Part shown: piece by piece, positions 41,150 to 55,497 of the stretch
Layout of the letters: the number at the start of each line of letters is the position of its first letter
Position numbering within the stretch: the first letter of the stretch is position 1
Assembly (NCBI GenBank): GCA_051294375.1
Contig: CM119266.1
Span: 22,325,875-22,389,874 of the forward strand
Length of the DNA: 64,000 nt
From: Paraspadella gotoi
Lineage: Eukaryota; Animalia; Chaetognatha
Reading direction: 5' to 3'
Program-made: the position numbers and the translations under genes
Notes under the pieces: model-generated
Databases searched by the model: none
What the model saw: only the letters and a program-made list of their open reading frames with translations
What the model was told of the DNA's origin: nothing

Positions 41150-44100
41150 TTTATCCTCACAAACTTTCTTCGTTTACTAATTATTGAATTACAATTTCTG
41201 AGGTCCTGTCACCGGACAGTTGAGCGAGTTCGTTGGGATGGAGAGATGAGCAGAGGAATGAGGAAAGCGAGAACAGGAGCGAGAACAAGGCAATGAGAGG
41301 CGAGAGACGAACCAGTGATAGGGAGGAGCAGAACGTTATGACGGAGGAGCAGAAGGGCCCAAGAGCTACAACGCTGCGAGTTTCGAAAACGTGAAGGGAA
41401 GGCCGCGGCGGCGCCTCTTCCTCTCTCTCTCTTTCTCTTCCTTCTCTTCTCTCTTCATCTCATACTCTCCTCTTTCCTCTCTCTGTCCCTTCCAAACTCC
41501 CAGACCCGCGATACAAATCAGCCTGCTCAGTCGACACTACGTTTCGAGCACAAGCCCGTCGAAAACGGCCGGGGCGGCGCACGATTGACAGACTAATGGA
41601 ACGGCACGTTCGACGAACAGCCGGGACCAGGCTCTGTACGATCAACGAGCGGAAGCTGATAGATAATGAAGCTTGGGAGAAGCAGTTCTCTCTTTAAAAA
41701 AACTTGATAAAGCATTCGCCTGCGCTTCAGCTACATCCTCAGTGGGTATGGCCGCGAGCGATAGATAAACACCATGTTGGTTGTAATCCTCATTCCCCCC
41801 TCATTTTCTGATTATTTGACAGAATAATAATTGAAGCGACGTGACCGAACATTATACCATCTAGGCTCAGATTTTTACGCAAGCATTTGCCGCACATTCG
41901 GCGACTCTCCTCTTTGCCAACTGCCAGTTATCCGACTCTACCGGATTTTAACACCACTCGCGAAGCAAAAGACTCATAAAACGACATTCACACTACGAAA
42001 CGCCTTTAAAAAATAATCGATACAAAAAATAAAGAAACCAATATAGCGCAATCAGCATGGACCGCTCCGACGACCTAAGTTGAATACTTAAAGACTATAC
42101 TTCATATATCTTATTAATATAACCTTTGTGACAAATAGTTTTTCAACCCTTCCGAAGAATATAAATCCGAATTTTTTTCTAGGTCTGAAATTCGGTCAAT
42201 AACGTTCTATTTTTATCCATTCATTTAATTGATACTTGTTAACTTGCAATGTATCTAAATTGATACTATCACCAGTTGACTCTCGTTGGAAAATGATTTC
42301 GCCGAGTGGCCCTGATTCGCGTCGGTTAGATGGAGTCATATGGGGGGCATATATCCTTCAATTCGCCTAACGTTCTTTTCCTCGCCTAACGCCCTTTACT
42401 AGGCACCCTTATGCTTTCAAACCCCTAACCACCCCCATACCCCCATCCTCTTACAGTTCCCTAATCCACCTTAACAGACGAACAATGTGAATTGCACGTT
42501 GCTGGGCTTGAGACCTCCAGCTGATGAAAATCAGCGGCTTTCCAGCAATTACATCGGGGTCCGAAAAAAAGAAACACCCGCCGGCTTCGCTAATTATCCG
42601 GGGGAAAAAAAAAAGTGGATTTCGCGCGCACGTCTCAAGTTTCGTTTAAACACAGTCCGACCCGAGTGTACCGTGGTTTCCGTGTATGAATGGCCGCCTG
42701 TGACGTAGAGAGAGAGAGCGACATCGAGCGAGGAACGCAGAGACCGCGACAGAGACCGAAGAGAGAAGAGAGACGCCAATAGAGAGAGGTCGAGAGAGCT
42801 AGAGGACAGAGAAAGACCCCGGCCAGAGACGAGAGGAAAGCCAGTACCAACGAAGATCGAGAGAAAGAGCAGACGGCAGGTGTGAGAGGGAGAGAGGAGA
42901 GCACGACGAGACGAGGAGCGAGACGGAGAGAGCTGCACCTATGCCGACGCCGAGCAACGAGAGAGAGCAGCAAGTGACGATGCATAGCAAAGAGAACTCG
43001 AGAGACGGAACCCGAAGATCCATGACCACCCGGAAAGGAGGAGAACCAGAGCGAAGAGGAAGAGAGCGAGCAGAGAGAGAGAGAGACTCTCACGACGAAC
43101 GGTAAAGAAAACCAAATCGCGATAGATACTTCGCGACCCTCTACAGCTTCCTACTGTAACGAGACATTTACTTCGGATTTGCGAAATAATCACAATAATT
43201 CAATCGAAAATCTTTTTTCTATTTTTCATTTTTATTTTATCCTTTTCCTAAATTTTTTTCTCCTTTTTTTCACTCTTTTATATCTTTTTCATTTTTTCAA
43301 ACTCTATTTTTCGAGTTTCTCGTTTTTTTACTTATTGCAATTATTCGTGCTTCTCTTGTTCCTCCTCTCATCTTTCTCTCTATCTCTTCCTTCTCTTCTC
43401 TCTCTCTCTCTCTCCTCTCTCTTCTCATCTTCTCCCTCCTCTCTCTCGCTCTTCCTTACCACCCTTTCTCCTGTTGCTGCCCAGCACTCTGCTGTCGCAC
43501 GCACTATTCAGAAACGATTAATTTCCCGGCATACACACNNNNNNNNNNNNNNNNNNNNNNNNNCCTCCACACATGGGATCCGAACCGGAGGACGAAGACG
43601 ACGACGACGACAATGACGACGAAGAAGAAATCACTTCTATGTCTACATTGACGTTTAAATCGAATTTTATTTTACGTATAATCTATTCGTAAGTTCATAC
43701 TCTGAGTTTATACTATGTAATCAACGTTTAGTTAATTGCTATTGATAATCCAATTAAAAATAAAAGTTTCGCTATTTTTTAACAGCATCTACGAGCAGCT
43801 TTCAGTGTTTACTTTTGTTTAGAAAAATTTTGTTTTTGTTGTCTGAGTCAAGGAAGAAGAAAAACCAACGAGAAAGAGAGAAAACCAGAACAAAAAATAA
43901 TAATAAGTCGGAAACTGGAAAGAAGGATTGAGTAAATTAAGAGGGGATGGAGAAAAGAAAAAAAACCAAAAGAAAGAACAACATAAAATAAAAGGAAGGT
44001 GGAGGAAAAAAAGAAACGTCGAAGAGGAAAAGTAAACAAAGAAAAGAGAAAGGAGGAGAAAGAGAAAGGAATCGTAAATCGGAGGAAAAAGAAAAAGAAA

Positions 44101-44377
44101 AAAAAAAGGAAAGAGAAAAGAAATGAGAAAAGAAGAGATAGGAAATATGGGTTTTTAAGGGCGAACAAAGATACATTTAGAGAATGACTCTATCTCTCGA
44201 GTCGATTATAATTTTTGGACGAAGATTCGACCTTTGACCCCCGACCAGAGATTATGATCCACTATCACTCCCCGACGCCCTCTTTCATGAGGGGGGCGGG
44301 CGTCTGGGGGGGGGGGCGACGTGATCACCGGACGTCGTTTCGACGTCTTCGGATATTCGATTCACTTCTTCGGCCAT
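41150..44377 (-). CDS. Putative multi-exon gene of unknown product, divergent from Hox2 (frame broken by sequence errors)
   Basis: caaaATGGCC start at 44377 gives MAEEVNRISEDVETTSGDHVAPP. Splice-bounded exon-like blocks lie at ~43645-43564 (DIEVISSSSS), ~43165-43092 and ~42700-42485. Further blocks at 42410-41150 are duplicated in 33885-32750. No family recognised. Confidence 0.3.
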
Positions 44378-44667
44378 TTTGAGTTCAGTGGAAGTTATGA
44401 AGTAAAAATTAATTTATTTATTTATTTATTTTTATTTATTCATTTATTTATTTTGATATTTATTTATCTAATTTTTAATTTTTTTATAATTATAATTTAG
44501 CAGTCATGAGTTTATAGTTTAGGTCATTTTGCCAACTAAAAATAGTTTCAATCCAAAAACGTCAACCTTTTTTACCTTATTTCACAAGAGCAATTTCTTT
44601 GGTGATGAAAATTTAAGATCAAAAGATAAAATTTCAAACGATCACAACCAAATCAGTTTACATCGGG

Positions 44668-44704
<37 letters not shown>

Positions 44705-45087
44705 NNNNNNNNNNNNNNNNNNNNNNNNNNNNNNNNNNNNNNNNNNNNNNNNNNNNNNNNNNNNNNNNNNNNNNNNNNNNNNNNNNNNNNNNNNNNNNNN
44801 NNNNNNNNNNNNNNNNNNNNNNNNNNNNNNNNNNNNNNNNNNNNNNNNNNNNNNNNNNNNNNNNNNNNNNNNNNNNNNNNNNNNNNNNNNNNNNNNNNNN
44901 NNNNNNNNNNNNNNNNNNNNNNNNNNNNNNNNNNNNNNNNNNNNNNNNNNAGAGAGAGAGAGAGAGAGAGAGAGACTCACCTCCTCCTCCTCCTCATCCT
45001 TTCCTCCTCCACCTCCTCTTCCTCCCTCCCTCGTAACATGACCGAACTCTTCCTCCTCCTCTCTCCCTCCCGTTTACAAACAGCCGT

Positions 45088-45097
45088 CCATCAATCA
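45088..45097 (-). promoter_or_regulatory. Candidate Pbx/Exd-Hox1(Labial) composite site TGATTGATGG, ~1.2 kb upstream of the Hox2 ATG
   Basis: The + strand has CCATCAATCA, matching the TGATNGATGG consensus. Motif match only. Confidence 0.3.
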
Positions 45098-46314
45098 CAT
45101 TTCGTCGTCGTCGTCGTCGTCGTCGTCGTCGGCGAAGCGCCACCCGAGCGCCGTCCCGTCGCCACCTGTGATCGAGTCATCATCGCCTCTCGCGCGCGAA
45201 GCTTTTTTTGGTGGACGACGACGACGACGACGACGACGNNNNNNNNNNNNNNNNNNNNNNNNNNNNNNNNNNNNNNNNNNNNNNNNNNNNNNNNNNNNNN
45301 NNNNNNNNNNNNNNNNNNNNNNNNNNNNNNNNNNNNNNNNNNNNNNNNNNNNNNNNNNNNNNNNNNNNNNNNNNNNNNNNNNNNNNNNNNNNNNNNNNNN
45401 NNNNNNNNNNNNNNNNNNNNNNNNNNNNNNNNNNNNNNNNNNNNNNNNNNNNNNNNNNNNNNNNNNNNNNNNNNNNNNNNNNNNNNNNNNNNNNNNNNNN
45501 NNNNNNNNNNNNNNNNNNNNNNNNNNNNNNNNNNNNNNNNNNNNNNNNNNNNNNNNNNNNNNNNNNNNNNNNNNNNNNNNNNNNNNNNNNNNNNNNNNNN
45601 NNNNNNNNNNNNNNNNNNNNNNNNNNNNNNNNNNNNNNNNNNNNNNNNNNNNNNNNNNNNNNNNNCTCTCGTTTCCATTCCGCGTTTCGGTCGCGCGCGC
45701 CCGATTTTCACGCCGACGACGACGAAGACGACGACGACGACGAAGAAGAAGAAGAAAAAAAAGTCTTTTCTCGTTTTTTTTTCTTTTCTCACTCCATTCC
45801 GTTGAGAGAGAGAGAGAGAGAGCGATATAGAGACAGAAATCGCTCGCTCCCTCGTCTCCGTCTCAGTCAGCGACCGCGTCCCACTCACGCGCGCAACGAT
45901 CTCCCACGATTCCATCCGTTGATTCGTCTCCGGTTCCATCGTCACAAGAACAACAAAAATAAATAATTCTTCGTCTGGCGAACTTTGACTTTTGCGACGA
46001 GAAAAAACAAATTTGGATTAAAGATTATTAATTAAATAAATGAAAAATAATGAAAATTTGTCATTCAAAGTACTCCATAGAATTCCAAATAGCAATTTCT
46101 TCATAGCAAAAGATTTCGGCGAAAAATGTAATGAATTAATAATTTTAAAAAAATCTCCATCGTCAATGATTTAAAAAAAAAATCATTTAAAAAAAAATCA
46201 AATAAAAATAAATCAACTCGTGAAAAACAAAAGATCACCCTCCTCCGATAAAACTCACTTGTTTCACGAGACTTTCCTTCCATCCGTTCCAACGTTCTCC
46301 TCAGCGCCGCCACG

Positions 46315-47137
46315 ATGAACGCGGCGTCATTCGCGACTTCCGGTTTTTTACTGACGTCGCCGCCGACGCCGGAAGCGTCTCCGGCGTCGAGGATGTTCGT
46401 CAACGAGACGCCGCCGCAGGGTGAGTCGGAACAGCGCCGGGTTGGAACGCAGAACGCCGGTGGACAAGATGTGGACGAGTAAAAGATTGGGCCGGGAGAG
46501 AAAACAGATGAGAAAACGGGAGAGAAAACAGATGAGAAAAAACTGTGATAAAGATCGGATTTCTTGGGCAAAACACAAGAGCGAGACTGAGCGAGTCATC
46601 ATATCTGAGAAAAAAAGCAATAGTCGTAGGCAAAGGATATTCTTCAAAATTGAGATCGAATAAAAAATGGCGCTAAGATATTTTAACCCAGCCCTACTAT
46701 GGCACTTGAAAATATTGAAATCAAAACATAAAATCTACTAAATTAAAAATTAATTAATTAAATAACATACTTTAAAACATATTTTTCTTTCTAACAGGAT
46801 CTTCGGCCGACTGCTTCATCACTTCTCCCGCCATCTCTTCAACTTCATCCTCCTCTTCCGCCTCCAGCCTTTCGCCGCTCCACAACGCCAGCGTCGGGTG
46901 ATTTGCATTGTCGTCGTTGTTGTTGTTGTTGTCTAAAAAGAAGTCTAGATTTCATTATGCATCTACGGTTCCGCAAAGATTTATCTAGAGTTCTCTAATA
47001 ACGAAACTGTCTCACCAATGCGCAGTTAAAATTGTTTTGTTTTTGCTTTATTTATTTACTCGGATTAATTCGTCCTCTCTCCGCGAATATTTATAGTCGC
47101 GAGTGTCCATAAACGTCGAGCGGCGGCACGGAGCAGC

Positions 47138-47169
<32 letters not shown>

Positions 47170-47261
47170 GAGAGAGAGAGGAGAGAGAGAGAGAGAGAGA
47201 GAGATAGAGAGAGAGAGAGAAGAGAGATAGATAGATAGATATAGATAGATAGATAGATAAG

Positions 47262-47299
<38 letters not shown>

Positions 47300-49259
47300 G
47301 AGAGAGAAAAAGAGAGAGAGAGAGGTCCTGGGCGCACGCGTGTGGGTCTCGACATTGCGTGCGTACGTGCGCACGTGTCGGGGCAATGACCGCGTGCGAC
47401 AGTGATTCCTCCCACGTCATTTTTTGATGTCCGATTCGCATCGAGACAAGAATAAAGAACTGAAAACAAATCCTAAACTGAAATTTTCTTTTTTTTTTTT
47501 TATTTCAGATTCAACGAATCCGGAAAATCTCCGAACTCGGCGAAAGAATGCGTCAACCAGAATACGGACTCGATGGTAAGAAGTCGAATGCTCGATCGGG
47601 GCGTTGCAGACCATCTTTAAAAAGTCAAATTCGGAACAATGATACGATTTTTAAAGACAATATTTAAAAATATGTTTCCCCGATATCTTTCCCTCCTCAG
47701 ACTCCACTCCTCCAATCATCACGTCCTTCCCCAAAATCTCCCCGCTGTCCGCCCGCCGCCAGCGCCGCCGCTGCTCCGACCGCTCGTCCGCCGACGTCCG
47801 CTCCGCAAGACTCCGGCGCCGTTTTGGGCCAAACTGTCGTCGGCGCCACGCCCATCGTTGCCGATCACGTCGGAGGCGGCGTCGTTCCTTCCCTGGAGAA
47901 CGGCGGCGGCGTCATCGTCAGCGGCGGCGGCCACGGCGGCGGCGGGCGCGGTCGAGGTCGCGGACGCCGCGGCAGAGGCGGCGCCGGACGTGGTAGGGCC
48001 CGCGCCAACGCGGCCACGGCGGCGGCCTCGGCGTCATCCGTCGACCCAGATCTCGACTCGAACTTTTTTAACGGATCCAACTTCGGAGTCGAATCGGCGC
48101 CGTCGTCGATGACGCCGCCATTTCAACTCTCGCCCGGATCCAACAACATCCACTTGAAGGCGGAATCGGCAGCGCAGTCCCGGCGCAGCGTCGACGCCGC
48201 CGCCGCCGCCGCCGCCGCCGCTGGATTCGGAGATCAGCGTGAGTCAAGAGAGGAAATTGTCTTTAATAATTGGTTAAATGGTTAGAGTGGATTTAATTTA
48301 TTGCCTAGCATTGTTTTACATTTTTAAGGATTTCAAACATTAAAAAATGAAAATGAAATTACTGAAATAAAAAAAATAACAGACTTCATAAGTGTTGCCA
48401 AATTCATGTATCAAATATTTTTATTGCAACGGAATTTGACCCTATTGCTTTCAGATTAATTCTCATGATTTTGTCTTGAGATTTTATAGTAAAGTTTCCT
48501 CTTAAAATAAAAAAGATGACGAAACTGAATGTGTCGGGTCAAAAATATTTTATCTTTAAACAAAACTATATATTATATATATATATATAAATAAAATTAT
48601 TAAGTACAAGTAAAGATACTTATCCTACTTGAATTTCTTCCTCTCAGTCTCCAAATCTCTCTCATCGCCAACGCGAGATTCATCGGCACGCGAAGGCCGT
48701 TCCCCCGGAGGCTGCGGCCCGGAAGGGCGTTCGCCCGGCGCTCCTCACGGGGCGCCCATGCCCCACGGCATGAAGGTGATGCCCGAGTATCCCTGGATGA
48801 AGGAGAAGAAGCCTTCGGCCGCGTCGGTCGCCGCCGCAGCGAGAAAGTCCGCCGCCCATCTTGGAATATGCGGTAAGTCGAGGGTGGAGTGAAAAGGGCA
48901 AAGCTAAAAAATATTAGGCTTCGAGACGCACGATGCAATAATAAGTAAAAAAGCTTCGCATGTTGATAATTATATTTTTCAAAACTTTAAATTAAATAAA
49001 AACGAAAAAAGCCATCGAAAGCAAAAAAATAAAAAATAAAAAAAAATAAATAAAACTGCCGAAAACAAAACCTGGCTAATTCTTCTTCAGCCAGAGTCTC
49101 GAGCTGAACTTCTCTATTCTATTTGCAGTCAGTCGGTTGGCCTTCGTGCAACAGTCGCCGTTCAGTTTCGACTTATATTCCAAGTTTTTTTGACTTTGAT
49201 TTGTCCGATTGTTTTGTGTGTTTGCGAGTTTGACTTCGTATTCTCTTCCATGGCGTCGG

Positions 49260-49316
<57 letters not shown>

Positions 49317-50392
49317 GAAAGAACCAGAAAGAAACGGTGTGGGATTTTTTTGTAGAACTGCTTTGAGTCTTTCGGTTGGCCTACTTTTGCCATGGGGCCC
49401 TCGGCTGCCGGAGATTCTAACAAAAGCTTTTTTTTCCTTCTTTCTTTTTTTCTTCTTCGGCTTTTTTCTTTCCTTCCTCGGCTCTTTTTTTTTTCAGAAC
49501 CTAATTCTGATGACAGTCATTTTCCAACGTTTCTTTTTCCGCCGGTTAAAATCTTCAAATACGTTTGTTTTTATGAAAAAAAGGACCTATTTTTGCTAAG
49601 AAGTTTAATCTTTTCAAATTCTTCTGAAAATGGAATTTTCAAGGTAAAGTACTATTTAGAATATTCTCAGTGTTATTATGATTATCTAAATCTTTTTAAG
49701 GCATAAGCAGAAAATGAAAAAAAATCATTTTTAACGAAATTATCGAGATACTACTGTCAATAGATTTTTTTTTATTTGATTACTTATTTTTTTCATATCT
49801 TGCTGTTTTTTTCCTTTTTTCTGGTTAGTTGTCATTCTTTATAGCATTCATCTTTTAAATATTAATGTTTAACTAAATAACGAGATTTCCGCAACTCCAC
49901 AACTCCAATAACACATTACTGTCGTCTTTCATTTTCACCATCTTAATTTAACGGTTTTCATTCTTTCATTTCCCTAGAAAGAAGTTTTGTTTAATTATTG
50001 TGCGTTGCAAAATAATACTATATACAATATACATGCGCACAACGTTTTTTCGTTAAAATTTACTCGGTTGCTTGGCGACTCGGTTACACTATCGCTTTTC
50101 AATTGGTTGTCATTCTACAAGTCTTCCATCTTTTAATCAATGTAAAAACCACTCATTTTTAACTAGAGGCTCCCATTTTCCAAACGTGAGGTTTCACCCA
50201 ACTCAACAATCACCCGTTTTCCTCCGCCCCCTCGTCTTCCGTTGCACCACGGAGAAAGCGTCCCAATCTCCCCCCCCAGCCCCCCCTCGGCGTAACACCC
50301 TTCCTTCGCTCGCGCGACACAATTGATCAATTTAAAAATGCAAATTTAAATTGAGGAAAAAAAGAAATTTCCCCGTCGTCTCGCGGGAGGAA

Positions 50393-50452
<60 letters not shown>

Positions 50453-52605
50453 AGAGAGAGAAGAGAGGAGAGAGAGAGAGAGAGAGAGGGACCGTCGGAA
50501 ATGCAAGGTGACAGGTGGGGAGGGAAAAGTCTGAGGATTGCTGGCAAAGGGTGGATGGGTGGGCTTTTCAGATAAGGAATTGGGTTTTGGGTGAGCGCGA
50601 CGTCGCTGGGTTTTTATTCTTTGGCCTTCGGTAATGATGTTTTTACAGTGAAAAAAAAACTTCGAGTTTCTAAGGCGTCACTTTCACGACGGAACTCGAT
50701 ACATATTTTCGAAATTCATCTTCTCTCTTCACGAGAATGACTCGATACATAATCTCTTCGGAGGGATGAGAGAGGGAGAGGGAGAGGGGGAGAGAGAGAG
50801 AGAGAGAGAGAGGAGAGGGAGAAAGAGCGATATTTTTACCCACGCACCAAAGTCGATACGCGGAAAATGAGAAAAAGAGAAAACTTGCTAAGCAGATGCA
50901 TCGCCGCCAAAGCAGATGCAACATTGTGCGGGATTCGAGAACCGATTTTTTCCACCTCCTTCCTTTCGCAATTCCATGAATGTTTAATGCTTCAATTTTC
51001 ATCCCGCAATTTTTTTTTTCTCTCTTCATCTTTTTTTTTTCGATTCATAAAAATCGAATTTTCCCGCGAAAATCCTTCCAAGGGAAATAAGAGGAGTAAA
51101 ATCCTGGCGTAAAATCCCTCGATTTTTTTTTTCTTTTCAACATAAAAAATTGATAAACTCTGTTTCATAAAAGGAATCCGTTGTCATGGGTTGAAATTTT
51201 TAATTAACCTTTCTATAATACTCCTATTAAAGTAGTTTTGGAATTTTAAAAATAAACAATTAAAAAGAATTTCACGGAAAAAGCTTTATATCGTGGTGAC
51301 AATTTTCGCCGTCTCTCTTTTTCGATTCTTTTTTGTCTTTCATTCTCTCCCGGTTTTACTCGTCTCTCGCTCTCTATCTCTTTGGTTGTTTGTAAATCCT
51401 GACACTTTGTTTGACGAGGTCACGTCGTCTCCAGATTTCCGCGAGATTCCAAATCGTTGTCATGTTGTCAAACTTTGATTCTTAAGAGCTCGGATTTGTT
51501 GCGCGTTAAAACCAAGATCTGTCACATAAAAAAAGGAGTTTTCGCCTGAACACACAAAACTCTGATGACAACAAAAAAAATTTGAAAACGAGGCAGTGTT
51601 GGTTAATATTGGAGGAAACATACAATGAGGATTATATTACATTCAATATGACTCGAAAATTCGAAATTCATGACTTTTCTCCATCGCTCGGAAATTAATT
51701 TGCAAGTTGAGTATCTATTATTTAATAAACAATTCGTTTCGTATTCAAAATCAAATCGGTTCTCATCGTTGGGACATTTTCACGCGTGATCTTTCTTCTT
51801 CTTTTTCAATTCTTTACTTTTCTTCTTTTTCTTCTTCTTCTCCTTCTGTTTCGTCGTCGTCGTCTTCGTCGCTAAGGACGCGTGTGACGCCGAGATTACG
51901 TCAATTCGCGCGAAAGGCGACGATCGCCGAACCGGCGCCGCTTCTGCCGACGCCGCTGCCGACGCCGCTGTCGACGCCGTCGCCGCCGCTGATCCCGTCA
52001 ACCGAAATAAAAAAAAGGGATGAATGTCAAGAAAAACCAGATGGAAGTGGGAAAAAAAATCGGAGGAGGTGGAAAAGTGGGTTTTCGGTGGTGGAATTTG
52101 GTGGTTGTGGTGGGGGAGGATAGGTAAAGATTGAAATTGAAAGGTTGTGAGTTTGGGTCGAATGGAAAGATGGATGTGGCGAAGTGGCTTTAAAAATTGG
52201 GTCCGTTGGTTGAGAGAGAGAAGGTAATCTTCACGCGAAACATTTAGAGATTCAGCGAGTGAGAGTGACTCGCTAAGTTTCTATTCGATTTCGAACTGCG
52301 TGAAAATTGGTTTTATTTCGTAATTATGACTGTAATTACTATTATTTGTTAAAAATAAAAACACATTAACGAAAAATTTTATTAGAAGTTGATTGGAAAA
52401 TAAATGAGGCCTCATTTGAAAAAGGGTCAAGAGCCTCGCGAAGAAATGCGGAAGTTTAAGGGGAAACATGAAGCGTTGAAGAACTCGGTCAGGGTGTCAA
52501 AGAATGTTTTAGTGTGCTGCTTGCTCCCTCCCTACGTGCGGTGAGAGAGAGAGAGAGTGAGAAGAGGAGAGAGAGAGAGAGAGAGAGAGGAGAGAGGAGG
52601 GAGAG

Positions 52606-52650
<45 letters not shown>

Positions 52651-53342
52651 CAAGGGTTGAAGAACGCGGTCAGGATGTCAATCGACGACTGAGGTAGAGT
52701 CAAAGGTGGGTGAGGGTGCTCATGGGATTGTGAAATGGTGAAGGGGTAAGGGGTAAGGGATGCGAGAAGAAGTAGAAGATAAAGTTTGAAAAAAAGTCGG
52801 TGAGGTTTTCACAATCGGGAGTGAATTGGAATCATGAATCGATGAGTCAAGTCAAGTGAAGGGTTCGCGGATTCGTAGAATAGGTTTAACATGGGGTTAA
52901 GTTTACGGCTCACGATGCTTCAACATGAGGGGTAAAGGGTCGCGAGTTCTTACTTTAATAAAAACTATTTTTGTCGCCGAAATATTGCTTACATTCATTA
53001 TCTATTTTTTTCTATTGAGTACAAGAATATATTTTCATAAATTCTTTAATCTTTTTTCTATATATTTCTTTATTAAAACTTTCGATTCTCTTTCATTTCT
53101 TTCTTTAATCTCTTCACTTGAATTCAAAATCTCAGGACGCGAAATCGAATCCCAGAGGCGATTGACTCCGCGATTCGTTCCATTGATTCGACCGACCGAC
53201 CGACCGACCGAGCGAACGACCAATTCTCACAACAGCTTTGTGAATGTGAATGCCAATTCTCTTCGGGCTAATTACCAGATGTCCAGCGAGGAAGGGGAGG
53301 AAGGAGATGAGAAGGGGGAAGAGACGAGGGGGAGAGAGAGAG

Positions 53343-53376
<34 letters not shown>

Positions 53377-53802
53377 GAGACGAGCAGGAGGAGAGAAGAG
53401 GAGAGGAGACAGAGAGAGACGAGAGAGAGAGTGAAGGAGAGAGAGCAGAGAGAGAGAGGAGAGAAGAGAAGAGAGGGAGGAGGATGAGCTAGGATGAAGA
53501 ACGTAGAGAGAGAGATGAGAGAGAGAAAAAGGGCCACTGAAAAAGTTTAGAGAGAAAAAGTCGGGATTGAGATGAAGCGGAATAAAACAAAGAGAGGAAA
53601 TAAGGATAATAGTGTTTTTGTTGTAATGAGCAAAAGGTGTCTAAATTTGGAAAAAAATGTGAACCTGTAACAAAGGATAAATAAAAGTAAGATAGAGATA
53701 ATTTAAACGAGCTACGAAATACGAAGGTTCTATTGCTCAGAAATGACACTTTGAATGGTGTTCAAATAAAAGTCGAAGCAACGACGAAGCTTCAAATCCA
53801 TT

Positions 53803-53853
<51 letters not shown>

Positions 53854-54001
53854 GTAGACGAGAGGAGAGAGAGAGAGAGAGAGGAAAAGAGTGTCCGTAT
53901 CCGGTTCGACCAGTTGCCGCCTACATCCTCTAATCCCATCTTCGATCATCTCTCCGGCTCTTTTTGATGTCAGAATCTCTCTCTCTTCTCTCTCTCTCTC
54001 T

Positions 54002-54073
<72 letters not shown>

Positions 54074-54756
54074 AGTGTCTTTTCCATGGTCAGGTATCGA
54101 CGGCCCGGCGGAAAAGGGAGGCGGGCTTTTTGAGAGTTTTCTCTCTATTCTTCGTCTCCTCTGCCCGCGGGGGGAATCGAATTCTTTTTAGTTTGGGGGG
54201 TGGGGTGGGGGTTGCAATGAGGGGAGGTTGGAGGGCGGAGGGCAAGTAGCGAGGGCGGCAATATGATCGGTGGTCGTCTCTCGCGGCGTCAATCGTCGTC
54301 CCTTTGCGGTCGATCGAGTTCGCGTTGGAGTCTGTCGGTCCTTCGGTCGTAGGTCTTGGCATTGACCGTTTACGAGGCTCGACTTCGCGGTAAAAAAGCT
54401 CCGTCCATCGATTTCCGCTTCGTAAAAAGGGTCATCGGAGATTTCCCATCGCAATGGGCTGGTCGGTGGTCACGACAGTCACGTGACAACGGACGAATTG
54501 CCTTCTGATGTTAGATGAAATTAGTACATATCTATACAAATTATAAATATGCAAAGAAATTGAGTTTATAATGTTTAAACTGTCTATTCAAGGCGCCTAA
54601 AAAAAATGTTAAAAATGATTTTAATTCAACGAATCAGGAAAATGATTTAAAAAAAAAAGGGGGAAAAGGAGAAGGAAAGGAAAGGCAAGGGAGATAGAAA
54701 AAGTGTCAGGGAGGATGGGGGAGGGAGGAGAGGGAGAAGAGGAGGAGAGAGACGAG

Positions 54757-54787
<31 letters not shown>

Positions 54788-54963
54788 GGAGAGAGGAGAG
54801 AAGAGAGAGAGAGAGAGAGAGAGAAAGGAATAAGAAGGCGGGGCGTGGATCAGTAAGAGCGCGGGCGAGGAAATTGAAACTAATTTTCTTGATTGACAAG
54901 CGGGAAAAACCTCCTCCTCCGAATCCAGATTGTCAAATCAATCGCTCTCTCTCTCTTCTCTCT

Positions 54964-54995
<32 letters not shown>

Positions 54996-55466
54996 CTCTC
55001 CTCTCTCTCTCTCTCTCTCTCTTCTATTTCACCACCTTCCCTTTCCATTCCAGCTTGATTTCCCCTGCCAGTTGCTCCTTGATTCACTTTTTTTTTAATT
55101 TCATTCCTTCTTATTTACTTTTTCACTTTTATGACTTTTTTAGTCATAAAAATTTTCAACCTCATATCATTTTGGTAATTTTTCTAGATTTCTAATATTT
55201 TTTGTCGCTTTTTACAATCATTTCAATTTTTTTTTCGTTTCTTCCTTTTGTTTAGATAGTTATTCTCATTTTCACTCGGTGATTTCAATTCTGTTAACCT
55301 TTGCCAAGTTAATTTCAACAATGCTTAAATTCACTTCACCCTCCTTTTCCCCTCTTCCCCTCTTCCCCTATCTCCCGTTTCACCATAGAAGAGACTTCAT
55401 TTCACTTTCACTTTCACTTTCACTCCTCCATTTTTTTTCTCTCTTCAGACGAGACCCACATTGGAA

Positions 55467-55497
<31 letters not shown>

